A stretch of DNA of 64,000 bases from a virus: IMG/VR virus record IMGVR_UViG_3300046542_000086, positions 1 to 64,000 of that record. The stretch is one strand, 5' to 3'. Positions within the stretch are counted from its first letter, which is position 1, and the number at the start of each line of letters is the position of its first letter. Positions 26,309 to 35,534 of the stretch are shown here, piece by piece. The position numbers and the translations under genes are program-made. A model generated the notes under the pieces. That model was not told the DNA's origin, did no database searches, and worked only from the letters and a program-made list of their open reading frames with translations.

Positions 26309-28366
26309 ATGATCAATATCAGAAACGCTGCTCCTCGCGCAATCCTGAAGGGCTTCAAAGATGAGAGCGGTCGTGCTCCGGTTGTAGAACCGGAACAGCT
26401 TCCTTCTCACTTGGCGCACTCGTTCATCTTCGCTGAACGTGGTACGCTTTTGCCCCAACTGGTTGTCGGGGACAGCCTGACTACTACTTACGGTGCCAAG
26501 TCATTCGACTACCGTTCGAAGTTTGCCAACCACCAAACCGTGCTGGTTAACACCATCAATGGCGAGGGCAACTCGCAGATGGTTCAACGTCTGGTTCCAG
26601 ACGATGCCGCGACTGCAACGCTGGTTCTGTGGCTGGACGTGGTGGAAGATAACGTTCCCCAATTCGAGCGTAACACCGACCTGTCGTTTAAGCTGTCACA
26701 GCTGAACGAACGCATTCCTACCGCGACCGTGGTGCTCGGTCACCGTGTGCGCTGGGCTGTTGAAGTTCTCCCTGAGGGTAAAGCCCTGAGTGAGCTGGTT
26801 CCGAAAGTTGGTAGCCTGACTTCGGTTCTGAACAGCAGCCAATCCCAGATGTACCCAATCCACGCGTTCACCGTTGCCTCCCCAGGCTCGTACGGTAACC
26901 TGGTTGGCGTCCGTCTGTCAGCTCCGACTACCGTTTCGGCTTCACCAATCGACGATGCCACCGTAGATGCGGCGAAAGCCTATATGTACCGGTTCGCGAT
27001 GGTTGAACGTCCAGACGAATTCTCCACCCCGAATGTGAAAGAAACAATTCAGGGTGAGCAGTCGGTTGACTTCACCTACAAGGCTGGCGTAATCAACCGC
27101 AACGACAAGCTGGTATCTGTCGATGACGTGTTGCTGCAATCGTGGAACGCTTCGGCGATCAACGGTATCCCAGCGACCGTGGGCGTGATCAACGATCACC
27201 ACGTTTACCACGATCACATCGCTACTCTGCTGGCTCAGTTCCAAGCTGCTGAAGCCGAGTTCGATCTGATCTCTGACCTGGACGAAGACGTACACCTCTT
27301 CAACTTCGTCGGCGGTACCTCGATCCAAAACGTACCGTACTACTCGTACGTCGTTGAAGGTCCTGCGTCCGGTGGGGTGCTCCTGTCCGAAACCTCCAGC
27401 CACTACGCCAAAGGTGGTGCTGACGGTACCCTGGACTTCGCTACTTTCGACGCACTCGTTGCTAACGCCACCGCCAACTACGGCGACCTGGCTGGCTTCG
27501 ATTTCCTCGATACCGCGATCTACCCTCAGAGCTGCATCTACGATACCGGCTTCACGCTGGACACGAAGAAGAAGCTGCTGACCGTACTCGGTCGTCGTAA
27601 AGACATGTGGGTCGTGCTGTCGACTCAAGACGTGTCTGCCAAACAGAACACTCCGTCTGAAGAATCGAGCATCGCGGTTGCCCTGCGTACTGCTGCTCGT
27701 ATGTACCCAGAATCGGAAGTTTACGGTACCCCGGTTTGCCGTGCTATCGTGATCGGCCACTCTGGCTACCTGATCAACTCCCAATGGACCAAACTGACCC
27801 CGCTGACCATCGAGTTCGCGGCCAAGTCGGCTCGTTACATGGGTGCTGGTAACGGTATCTGGAAATCGGCTTCGTCGTTCAGCATCTCCCCAGCTAACCA
27901 AGTCACCATGTTCCGTGACGTAAACGCCAGCTTCAAGAAAGCTGACGTCCGTTCACAAGACTGGGACACTGGTCTGGTGTGGGTACAGAACTACGACCGC
28001 CGTAGCCTGTTCTTCCCGGCGTTCCAAACTGTGTACGATGACGACACCTCGATCCTGAACAGCTTCTTCAACATGGCTATCGCCGTGGAGCTGGAAAAGA
28101 TCGCAGACCGCGCCTGGCGTGATCTGGTCGGTATCGACAGTCTGACCCCAGAGCAGTTCATCGCTCGTTCCAACCGCATCATCAGTCAAGCCGTAGCTGG
28201 TCGTTTCGACGGTCGTGTAACGATTGAGGTAGATACTTTCCTCACCGCAGCCGACACCCAGCGTGGTTACTCGTGGTCGTGTAACATCATCATGTACGGT
28301 AACAACATGATGACCGTTGGTTCGTTCACCATCGTTGCCCGTCGTCGTGAGGATCTCGCACAATGA
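26309..28366 (+). CDS. Tail sheath protein (phiKZ gp29-like)
   Basis: About 685 aa, strong codon bias, IYDTGFTLDTK and YPESEVYGTP motifs; start MINIRN after AGGAG. Confidence 0.88.
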   Translation: MINIRNAAPRAILKGFKDESGRAPVVEPEQLPSHLAHSFIFAERGTLLPQLVVGDSLTTTYGAKSFDYRSKFANHQTVLVNTINGEGNSQMVQRLVPDDAATATLVLWLDVVEDNVPQFERNTDLSFKLSQLNERIPTATVVLGHRVRWAVEVLPEGKALSELVPKVGSLTSVLNSSQSQMYPIHAFTVASPGSYGNLVGVRLSAPTTVSASPIDDATVDAAKAYMYRFAMVERPDEFSTPNVKETIQGEQSVDFTYKAGVINRNDKLVSVDDVLLQSWNASAINGIPATVGVINDHHVYHDHIATLLAQFQAAEAEFDLISDLDEDVHLFNFVGGTSIQNVPYYSYVVEGPASGGVLLSETSSHYAKGGADGTLDFATFDALVANATANYGDLAGFDFLDTAIYPQSCIYDTGFTLDTKKKLLTVLGRRKDMWVVLSTQDVSAKQNTPSEESSIAVALRTAARMYPESEVYGTPVCRAIVIGHSGYLINSQWTKLTPLTIEFAAKSARYMGAGNGIWKSASSFSISPANQVTMFRDVNASFKKADVRSQDWDTGLVWVQNYDRRSLFFPAFQTVYDDDTSILNSFFNMAIAVELEKIADRAWRDLVGIDSLTPEQFIARSNRIISQAVAGRFDGRVTIEVDTFLTAADTQRGYSWSCNIIMYGNNMMTVGSFTIVARRREDLAQ

Positions 28367-29223
28367 GCCGATTAGCCGATACGATCCTTGATAACAAGGC
28401 GTACAACCAGTACGGTCGTCAGGCCATGGTTGACATCCGTAAGGGTGGTCAGAATGGTGTAGCACCAGATTTCTCGACGTATGTCAGCAACGCTGCGTAC
28501 GTTCGCCGGAACCTGATCGCGATCTTGATCGAGGCCCCTCGGGGCTTCCAAGATCTCGAGAACCCGGACTACTGGGTTTCGACCCTGAAGAACCTGGTTG
28601 AGCTGGCACCGAAGTCCATTGAAGGTCTCGTACAGACCCTCAGCGTTGAGCACATCGAAAACCCATTCGGTGGCGCTGGTGAGATGCAACAAGACATCTC
28701 CAACGTTACCCGTGCTCGTTCGAGCCCGTCGTTCACCTGGACCGAGAAATACGGTAAGTCGGTAGCGACATTCCTGAACGGTTGGGTACTCAACCTGATC
28801 ATGGACCCAGAAACCAAGTACCCTCGTGTGGTCAACAACGCTGAAAAGCCGACTGACCTGCTGCCGGATTACACTGGCATGACGGTACTGTTCCTGGAGC
28901 CAGATCCAACTGGCACCAAGGTGATCACCGCATGGCTGTCTACCAACATGCGTCCAAACAGCAACGTAGCTGAAATCACGGGTAACCGTGACGTAACTGC
29001 CGCGCTACAAGGTCAGGACTACAGCGTGGAGTTCACTGCTCTGACTCAGGTCGGTGAAGGCGTAAATACCTTCGCTCAAGAGCTGCTGGACAACATGACT
29101 CTGACTGGTGCTAACCCTAACCTGCAAGAAGCGTTCGTTCGAGAAATCGACGCCGACGTTAAAGCCGGTGAATCGGGTTACGCCGAACAGATCAACAAGA
29201 TGGCCTCCTCGGCGATCTCGTAA
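28363..29223 (+). CDS. Tail tube protein (phiKZ gp30-like)
   Basis: Coupled to sheath; 286 aa; WTEKYG, MDPETKYP and EPDPT motifs. Confidence 0.82.
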   Translation: MSRLADTILDNKAYNQYGRQAMVDIRKGGQNGVAPDFSTYVSNAAYVRRNLIAILIEAPRGFQDLENPDYWVSTLKNLVELAPKSIEGLVQTLSVEHIENPFGGAGEMQQDISNVTRARSSPSFTWTEKYGKSVATFLNGWVLNLIMDPETKYPRVVNNAEKPTDLLPDYTGMTVLFLEPDPTGTKVITAWLSTNMRPNSNVAEITGNRDVTAALQGQDYSVEFTALTQVGEGVNTFAQELLDNMTLTGANPNLQEAFVREIDADVKAGESGYAEQINKMASSAIS

Positions 29224-29232
29224 GTCTGGTAT

Positions 29233-29268
29233 TAAAGCGGGGGCCTTCGGGCTTCCGCTTTATGCCGT
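29233..29268 (+). terminator. UUCG hairpin with TTTATGCCG tail
   Basis: AAAGCGGGGGCC-TTCG-GGCTTCCGCTTT-ATGCCG. Confidence 0.8.
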
Positions 29269-29307
29269 ATCTAATGAATAAACCTAACCCAATAAGGATT
29301 TGGCAAC

Positions 29308-30579
29308 ATGGCCCTTAATGAATACTTTGAAGAACCCCCAGTAGCCAAGAGCGCACTGGATAGCTACGATGCTCTGCGTGTGGTGGCCCGTGACCGTCAG
29401 GTTGATCCATTCGTACATGACGACAACCTCGATGCTTTGGCTGATGACGTGGACACTTTCGTGGCTAGCGTTGAGTCGATCATTGACTCAGGTCAGTGCA
29501 GTAAAGGTACAGCGGCCATGGTGTACGCCTCGCTGGAAAGCATCTCCACGCGCATGGGGATCGTTCTGGAACTGCCATCGCTGGAGTCGGATGACCATAG
29601 TCCTGAAGACATCCACACGATCGCTATGGAAGCTTTCACTGACATCCTCGGTCGTATCATCCAGGGTTACGTGAACAAGTACAAGACGATGTTCGCTGGT
29701 CTGATCATCCTCTTCCGTGGCCGTGCTAAGTTGGCACAGCGTCACAAGCGCCGCATTGGTGAATACCGCCAAGAGTGGAAAGACAAGGGTGACGAAATCT
29801 TCCAGATCCGTCAAACCGGTAGCGCTCTGGGTCTGATGACTCAGCAAGTGTTCTATGCGAACAACCGCGTAGTAACCGACCCGTTTGCCCAACTGTCTCA
29901 CGACATGGTGTTCTACCGCTGGTTCTTTGGTCCTTACTCGCGCAGTCTGGAACAAGCAGCCAACACGGTAGGTCAGACGTTCAAGTCTACCCGAATCAAT
30001 TCGGACAAAGACATTGAAACCTTGGCTGGCAAGATCGTCAAGCTCAAGCGTCCAGCACAACTGTTCGATCAGAAGTACCTGAACAAAGGTCCGATCCTGA
30101 TGAAGAACGTAGGCTTTACGGTAAAGACCAGTAAAGCTCCTCGTCCTGCTGGTCGTGGACCTGTCTTCGATCGTCTGGCTGAAATCTCCGGTAAAGAGCT
30201 GGTCTACCCAACTGCCAAAGTGTTGAAGCTAGCCTTCGACCCTAGCCAGATCTGGAAAGACGTCCACATCAAAACGGCTGACGTCGTGAAGTACCTGGAC
30301 ATGTGCGACGAGGCCTGTGACATCATCATCGACTACGTCGAGCGTATGAAGATCCACACTGCGCCGTACTGGAACATGGTTGACGACATGAAGCAGGCTG
30401 CTGATGCTGTTGACGGTCTGTCCAACACCAGCAAACGTGCCTTGAAGCAAGCGATTGGTTTCGGCGACTCGATCCGGTACCAGCACTTCTTCTTGGTCAA
30501 ACAGATGTCGATGGTGCTTAACGATGTGTCTATCGGGTGCACGTACTTCATCTCGCGTTTGATTGCTCGTTCGAAATGA
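29308..30579 (+). CDS. Internal head (ejection/inner-body type) protein with acidic propeptide
   Basis: Acidic N-terminus with SVE, SLE, SLE and AME (S/A/G-X-E) protease motifs. Confidence 0.7.
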   Translation: MALNEYFEEPPVAKSALDSYDALRVVARDRQVDPFVHDDNLDALADDVDTFVASVESIIDSGQCSKGTAAMVYASLESISTRMGIVLELPSLESDDHSPEDIHTIAMEAFTDILGRIIQGYVNKYKTMFAGLIILFRGRAKLAQRHKRRIGEYRQEWKDKGDEIFQIRQTGSALGLMTQQVFYANNRVVTDPFAQLSHDMVFYRWFFGPYSRSLEQAANTVGQTFKSTRINSDKDIETLAGKIVKLKRPAQLFDQKYLNKGPILMKNVGFTVKTSKAPRPAGRGPVFDRLAEISGKELVYPTAKVLKLAFDPSQIWKDVHIKTADVVKYLDMCDEACDIIIDYVERMKIHTAPYWNMVDDMKQAADAVDGLSNTSKRALKQAIGFGDSIRYQHFFLVKQMSMVLNDVSIGCTYFISRLIARSK

Positions 30580-30630
30580 CGGCATAAAGACCAAAAAAAA
30601 GGAGGGCCCGAAAGCCCTCCTTTTATGCCG
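30579..30630. terminator. Bidirectional terminator
   Basis: CGGCATAA...A8-GGAGGGC-CCGAAA-GCCCTCC-TTTTATGCCG. Confidence 0.8.
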
Positions 30631-31009
30631 CCTTACGTAGACGGTGTCCTAACACCAACTCGTGTACAAGGTAGAATAGCTCTAGTTCAACAAGATACTC
30701 TTTGTCCAATGACCATGGTCTGATGTAGTTGTTCTTAAGGGAGTAATCGTAGAACTGTTGGTAGCACTGAGCCTTCTCAGGCCAGCGATCACTGAATGCC
30801 AAACACCACTGGAAGTAGAACACCACCAACGGATTGTTCCCACAGACTTGATGCACCCTCATGGGTCGTAGTTCTTTATGGAACTCTGCCACTAAGGAGT
30901 TGAACTCCTTGTGTTCGGTATCTGTACGTCCCCGCAGATCAACCGAATCGTAAAGGATCACCCCATCCATTACAGCAACCAACATTGTTCTGTAGCGATC
31001 AACGTCCAT
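30623..31009 (-). CDS. Hypothetical protein
   Basis: 128-aa ORF. Confidence 0.7.
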   Translation of the reverse strand: MDVDRYRTMLVAVMDGVILYDSVDLRGRTDTEHKEFNSLVAEFHKELRPMRVHQVCGNNPLVVFYFQWCLAFSDRWPEKAQCYQQFYDYSLKNNYIRPWSLDKEYLVELELFYLVHELVLGHRLRKAA

Positions 31010-31047
31010 GCCCCAACCCCTAACATAGCCTCAATTATACAGTAGGC

Positions 31048-31404
31048 TTAGATTTCACCCATGTACACGCAGTCAAGACCCTTCTCGACAGCGTAAGCTT
31101 GAATCTTCAGCACACACAAGTGACGATGACAGAATACCCCAGCTCGACACATACAGGCTATGGCTACCTTACCGTGTTCAAAGAGCGCAGCCCATTCTTC
31201 GGGACTGGTCTCTTGGGACTGGTTCAGGATGTCGTTGTAGAGTTCTGCGTATTCGTCTTGCGACATGCTCCCGTACTTGTAGGAATGTACCATCCACTTG
31301 GTAGGGGAGAAGGCTGTTTCTTTTTTGAAGGTGGTGTCCACAAAGTGAATACCCAGTGGTGCACAGCGTCGCCACTGACCCATTTGGATTGTATACAGTT
31401 CCAT
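31048..31404 (-). CDS. DUF488-like protein
   Basis: ELYTI...FSPT...IACMC.....CHRH pattern. Confidence 0.65.
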   Translation of the reverse strand: MELYTIQMGQWRRCAPLGIHFVDTTFKKETAFSPTKWMVHSYKYGSMSQDEYAELYNDILNQSQETSPEEWAALFEHGKVAIACMCRAGVFCHRHLCVLKIQAYAVEKGLDCVYMGEI

Positions 31405-31430
31405 TTCGACCTCAACAAAAAAATAAGACT

Positions 31431-31467
31431 CAGCATAAAAGCGGTAGGGTTGGCCCCTACCGCTTTC
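31431..31467 (-). terminator. Hairpin with TTTTATGCTG tail
   Basis: AAAGCGGTAGGG...CCCTACCGCTTT. Confidence 0.75.
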
Positions 31468-31479
31468 ACACTTTAGTAC

Positions 31480-32355
31480 TTAGGCCTTGGCCAGAGCTTC
31501 AGCAGCACGCTTGTTGATGCCGTCGCGGACTTTCTTCAGCGAACCCTTGTTCGCATGAGCGTTAACGCCGTACTTCATGTTGACGATGCCGTACTTGACG
31601 ACGGTCGCGTTTGGATCACGCACTTCGCCTTCTTTCGGGATGCCGCCAGCTGGGTACTCTTTCGAGCGCTGGATGGTGCCGGCCAGGGAGTCACTGCCGC
31701 AGCCGAATTCGACGCTCAGTTGTTCCAGCTTGTCGTCAGCCTGGAACGCCGGGATCGCGATGTTTGCCAGAGCTTCAGCAGTACCGGCAACCAGGTCGCT
31801 GGTGTGGTCCTGGTAAACCTTGACGAGTTCCGGGGTCAGGGTTTCAGGCAGCAGCTTGGTGTACAGATCGCTGCTGACTTCGACGATGCCCGCTTCACCG
31901 ATTTTCATTTCGGCTTGGATAGCTGCGGCCAGGTCCAGAACGTTCTTTTTGATGTCGCTCATTGCACGATTTCCTTGCGGTTGATTTGGTGTATCTGAAT
32001 TTTGAGGGGTAACTACATACTCTTGTTCATCACAGTAATCTTTTACTGATAGATTATCGAGCGGTGTAGCGTTGACTAAGGCTCCAACAACGACTTTATC
32101 AATGATCGCTTTGATCTCGTCGGCGTCGAGTTCCCTAGGTTCAGGGTACGTAACCCTGATTACATCTGCCATCTCTGTGACGATCTCGAGTTGATTGTCA
32201 CTATCGATGTTGTCGAACCAGCCGTCAAAGCCTCCACGACAGCTTAGGTTAAACAGGATGTCCTTTGCTGCTTGGTTAGCTGGATCAGAGAGATCGAGTT
32301 TAGTGAAGGGATCTCCATCATCCTCGTCCTCATCCAGATCGTAATTAGACATCAC
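31480..32355 (-). CDS. ORF with a strong internal start at 31962 (160-aa highly expressed protein, MSDIKKNVL...)
   Basis: AAGGA RBS before the internal ATG; codon style shifts there. Confidence 0.75.
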   Translation of the reverse strand: MMSNYDLDEDEDDGDPFTKLDLSDPANQAAKDILFNLSCRGGFDGWFDNIDSDNQLEIVTEMADVIRVTYPEPRELDADEIKAIIDKVVVGALVNATPLDNLSVKDYCDEQEYVVTPQNSDTPNQPQGNRAMSDIKKNVLDLAAAIQAEMKIGEAGIVEVSSDLYTKLLPETLTPELVKVYQDHTSDLVAGTAEALANIAIPAFQADDKLEQLSVEFGCGSDSLAGTIQRSKEYPAGGIPKEGEVRDPNATVVKYGIVNMKYGVNAHANKGSLKKVRDGINKRAAEALAKA

Positions 32356-32391
32356 ACGACTCCATAGACAATGGATTCAGCTAGTTATTGC

Positions 32392-32418
32392 ACTTAGGTA
32401 ATATGTGTCTCAAATCTA
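32392..32418 (-). promoter_or_regulatory. Early promoter overlapping the end of the upstream ORF
   Basis: GATTTGAGACACATATTACCTAAGTG. Confidence 0.6.
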
Positions 32419-32732
32419 TTTGGATCAAGTCTTTCGAATACGGTTACGCTAGCAGCCTCCAGTAGCTTAGGCTCAGGTCGTTCTACCTCAAAGGTGTAAG
32501 GTAGTTCAACCCGCTTCCAAGGAACTGTTAGCTGGCCGCTCTTGTGGACATTCAATAGCAAGCGTTCTCTAGCGAGGATCACCCGGTTGTCGCTGAGGGT
32601 AATCTTAAGATTGTGCTTGATCCGTTTGTACTTACCACCGAGGATGTTCGTAATCCCAACCACCACAGCATCGAGGTGGATGATCCGATCGAGGACCTGT
32701 AGCTGATAAGGGTTCACAGTGACCCGACTCAT
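32394..32732 (-). CDS. Early hypothetical protein
   Basis: TGATG coupling to the upstream gene. Confidence 0.75.
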   Translation of the reverse strand: MSRVTVNPYQLQVLDRIIHLDAVVVGITNILGGKYKRIKHNLKITLSDNRVILARERLLLNVHKSGQLTVPWKRVELPYTFEVERPEPKLLEAASVTVFERLDPNRFETHIT

Positions 32733-33112
32733 CAGTCCTTCATCCCGTAGTACTTAGTCCGAGGAAAAGCACCGCACAATGCCGAGCGTGCCTGTGTAGC
32801 CCGCTTAACAATCATCACCTCTTTACCAATGTCCTCAGTGGACACAGGGTCGATCTTGTTGTCGCAGCGAACCAACGTGCCGAGAGTAGGGAAGATGAAA
32901 GCAGTGCGCTTAGACTCAACCTCCTCCAGACGAATCCGTTCGATAGTGTAAGGGACCTCATCCGTCCACATACCTGCCGCATTCACCGTACCACTGAAAC
33001 CCGGTGGATAGCCAAAGCCACGTTCTTTAACGCACACGTCGTACTCAACCAACATGTCACCAACCCGCAGGTTGTTCAGAACCATGCTTTCAAGCTCAAC
33101 CATTTTTAGCAC
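32732..33112 (-). CDS. Early hypothetical protein
   Basis: Packed operon. Confidence 0.75.
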   Translation of the reverse strand: MLKMVELESMVLNNLRVGDMLVEYDVCVKERGFGYPPGFSGTVNAAGMWTDEVPYTIERIRLEEVESKRTAFIFPTLGTLVRCDNKIDPVSTEDIGKEVMIVKRATQARSALCGAFPRTKYYGMKD

Positions 33113-33305
33113 TCCACATTAGTAGACCACCAAGACCACGCCGAATCGGCTTACAGACTACCACCAGTAACAGGAACACAATCTGAAGAGCAGTGATCAC
33201 CAGACTGAGTTTCAGGAAGATCAGACAGAACAGATCCACCGCTAGGAAACCCAGCAAGCAGATCAGTAGGAATTTCTTAATTGCTTTCATCGCCGTTGAT
33301 ACCAC
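33096..33305 (-). CDS. Small two-TM membrane protein
   Basis: Hydrophobic; likely start MKAIKKF. Confidence 0.7.
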   Translation of the reverse strand: MVSTAMKAIKKFLLICLLGFLAVDLFCLIFLKLSLVITALQIVFLLLVVVCKPIRRGLGGLLMWSAKNG

Positions 33306-33487
33306 CGATAGGTTTTCAGCACAGCCAAGCCTAGGGTCAAGATGAACACAAAGAAGATCTGTGCGTAGAAGATGGCATCTTCAGTTGAGAAGAACTGCAT
33401 CAGCACCACGATGGTGAGGAGGTACGCAATGGAACAACCAATCAAGTACCAAGCCTTGGGGGTAATGCTTCGGATATATGCTTTCAC
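33287..33487 (-). CDS. Small two-TM membrane protein
   Basis: Hydrophobic; first gene after an early promoter. Confidence 0.7.
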   Translation of the reverse strand: MKAYIRSITPKAWYLIGCSIAYLLTIVVLMQFFSTEDAIFYAQIFFVFILTLGLAVLKTYRWYQRR

Positions 33488-33536
33488 GGTAAGTCTACCT
33501 TTTGATTAAAAGACTATGCTACAACTTTGTAGTTCA

Positions 33537-33568
33537 TCACCTAAGTAATATAGGTTTGAAATTTATTT
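33537..33568 (-). promoter_or_regulatory. phiKZ-type early promoter
   Basis: AAATTTCAAACCTATATTACTTAGGTGA. Confidence 0.8.
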
Positions 33569-33587
33569 CAACAGAACTCGATTTAAA

Positions 33588-33632
33588 GGGCATAAAAGCC
33601 CCAAGGGCTACACACCCTTGGGGTCTTATGCG
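33588..33632 (-). terminator. Hairpin with TATGC tails on both sides
   Basis: GCATAAAAG-CCCCAAGGG...CCCTTGGGG-TCTTATGCG. Confidence 0.75.
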
Positions 33633-33638
33633 ATCGTG

Positions 33639-34352
33639 TCACCAGCGAGCGCTGGGAGGCTCCTGATGGGACAGGAGGTCTGCTGTTTGGCCTTTGATCT
33701 TCTTCCACTCAGTCGAGGTCAGTTGGCGAAGGTTTGACACTTCCCCTTTGTTCCAACCCTCTACCATACGAGCGTATTCCAACGTCCAGAACCCCTCAGT
33801 CAGAATGATGTCATCCATCACTCGAACCACAGCACCCTTACTCACCTCGAAGAACATCTCGATAGCTTTCTGGTACTTGTCGTTGAGTTGCCTTACGTAG
33901 ATCGACCGGTAGAAATACTTACCGATGATCTCGGCTGGGTATTGCCACTTGTTGTCAGCGTAAGGAACCAACCACCGCTCATCAGTGTAGTCAGCATCAA
34001 ACAAGATCTTGACGGACGGTTTGACGTTCACCTCGTTGCGGAAACCGTAGATGTACCAACCATCACGCCACTTCTTGTTATAGCGACCCTCTTCCCAATC
34101 GATGCGATCCTGTTGATAACCCAAGATGCAACCGATGATTGTTGGCGCTGTACTGATTCGAGGAACAGAACGATCCTCGTGCTTGGCAGAACGTTGGGTC
34201 AACTGAGGGACAAACTTCTTAATCCCAGGGTTAACGGAGATGTGATACAGAAACTCCTGACCCGTCTCTTCTGGCGACACTACCTTGCAGTTCTTACCCA
34301 CACCGTTCTTGAAGGAATCAATGTAGGTCTGGCAGTCTTCGACGTCGCTCAT
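33639..34352 (-). CDS. Conserved protein of the protease operon, C-terminus PPSARW
   Basis: LYHIS...FVPQ...EDRSVPRISTAPT; GGAGGA RBS. Confidence 0.8.
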   Translation of the reverse strand: MSDVEDCQTYIDSFKNGVGKNCKVVSPEETGQEFLYHISVNPGIKKFVPQLTQRSAKHEDRSVPRISTAPTIIGCILGYQQDRIDWEEGRYNKKWRDGWYIYGFRNEVNVKPSVKILFDADYTDERWLVPYADNKWQYPAEIIGKYFYRSIYVRQLNDKYQKAIEMFFEVSKGAVVRVMDDIILTEGFWTLEYARMVEGWNKGEVSNLRQLTSTEWKKIKGQTADLLSHQEPPSARW

Positions 34353-34362
34353 TGTTCCTCCC

Positions 34363-34758
34363 CTAATCTTTCAAATACTGCACCAACACTTCCTCATCGT
34401 CCTTGATAGACTTTGCGGTAGCGTAGAACCCAGCCTTTGTGAAGGCGTGGATACTCGGTTGGTTCGTTGGGTTGATATAAGAACGACCCCGACGATGCTT
34501 GAAGAACTCTACAAGCCACTTACCCCCAAACCCTTTACCGCGTTCTTTCGCAGTAATGAAGATAGGGCCAGAGCGCCAGCGTCCGTCGCTTTCCTTTCGA
34601 GGGATCGCAAACCCAATCAACTCACGCCCTGAATAGATCGGGACAATGTCTTTAGGGTTCTTGTGTAACGCGATGTCCCCAAGGTAAGGATCGTGGGTCG
34701 ACTCATTGAGCAACTCGATCATCCCTTTCGGAAGCTTGGAATAGTCAGGGTTACTCAT
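34363..34758 (-). CDS. GNAT-family acetyltransferase
   Basis: IFITAKERGKGFG and NQPSIHAFTKAGF motifs; start MSNPDY. Confidence 0.75.
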   Translation of the reverse strand: MSNPDYSKLPKGMIELLNESTHDPYLGDIALHKNPKDIVPIYSGRELIGFAIPRKESDGRWRSGPIFITAKERGKGFGGKWLVEFFKHRRGRSYINPTNQPSIHAFTKAGFYATAKSIKDDEEVLVQYLKD

Positions 34759-34762
34759 TAAA

Positions 34763-35524
34763 TCACCAACGGGCAGAAGGAGGGAGAACCAAACCAGCAG
34801 GGCCAGTTTTCTTCCAACCGAAGTCAACGAAGATCGTGCCGCTAGACACCCCGTTGTCTTCCATCGACACGCCTTCACCTACACCACCGTCCAGACCTTC
34901 AACGTGCTCACGGGTGAACTCAGCTTCTTGGAAGGATTCCAACGACGGAGAGTGCCACTTGCGAGCAATGTCAATGCCAGGCTCGTTCACGTAGTCCCAG
35001 GTGACGATTGTGCGGATGTGCTTGACCAGACGTCCGCCTTCGATCTTGTCGTCCGTCAGCGAGCGTACAGAGAAGCACACGCTTTCGTTCGGGTTCTCCA
35101 TCGATTCGCCCAGTGACTGACCTTTAGGACCAGACGGCTTGACGTGTCCGATGACAGCAACCACACGATTACCCGACTTGTCTTTGATCGTGTCCTTCTC
35201 GATGCGTACATCTTTGAAGTGGCAGCAGACGTTGTCTTCGTAGATCGTTGACACACGACGCAAGAAGCTGCGCATGTCTTGACCCGGTAGTTGTTTCGGG
35301 TGACCGTACTCGCCACGACAAGCACCGGTCTCGATACGACGCATCAGGTTCGAGGATTGCTCGAACAGTGACTGTGCCGACTTCAGCGGATAGAAAGCAC
35401 CACCGCTGTTGTAGGTGTCTAGTCCACCCAGAACGAATTCGTAGTAGCCCGAACTGTCTGGGGTCATCTTGCCTACTTTGTTAGTGCCGAGCAACGCGAC
35501 ACAACCATAACTCACACGTTCCAT
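34763..35524 (-). CDS. Prohead (head maturation) protease, phiKZ gp175-like
   Basis: GEYGHP (His), FSVRS (Ser), TWDYVNEPG (Asp); C-terminal SLE/SME self-cleavage motifs. Confidence 0.92.
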   Translation of the reverse strand: MERVSYGCVALLGTNKVGKMTPDSSGYYEFVLGGLDTYNSGGAFYPLKSAQSLFEQSSNLMRRIETGACRGEYGHPKQLPGQDMRSFLRRVSTIYEDNVCCHFKDVRIEKDTIKDKSGNRVVAVIGHVKPSGPKGQSLGESMENPNESVCFSVRSLTDDKIEGGRLVKHIRTIVTWDYVNEPGIDIARKWHSPSLESFQEAEFTREHVEGLDGGVGEGVSMEDNGVSSGTIFVDFGWKKTGPAGLVLPPSARW

Positions 35525-35534
35525 AATGGCACCA

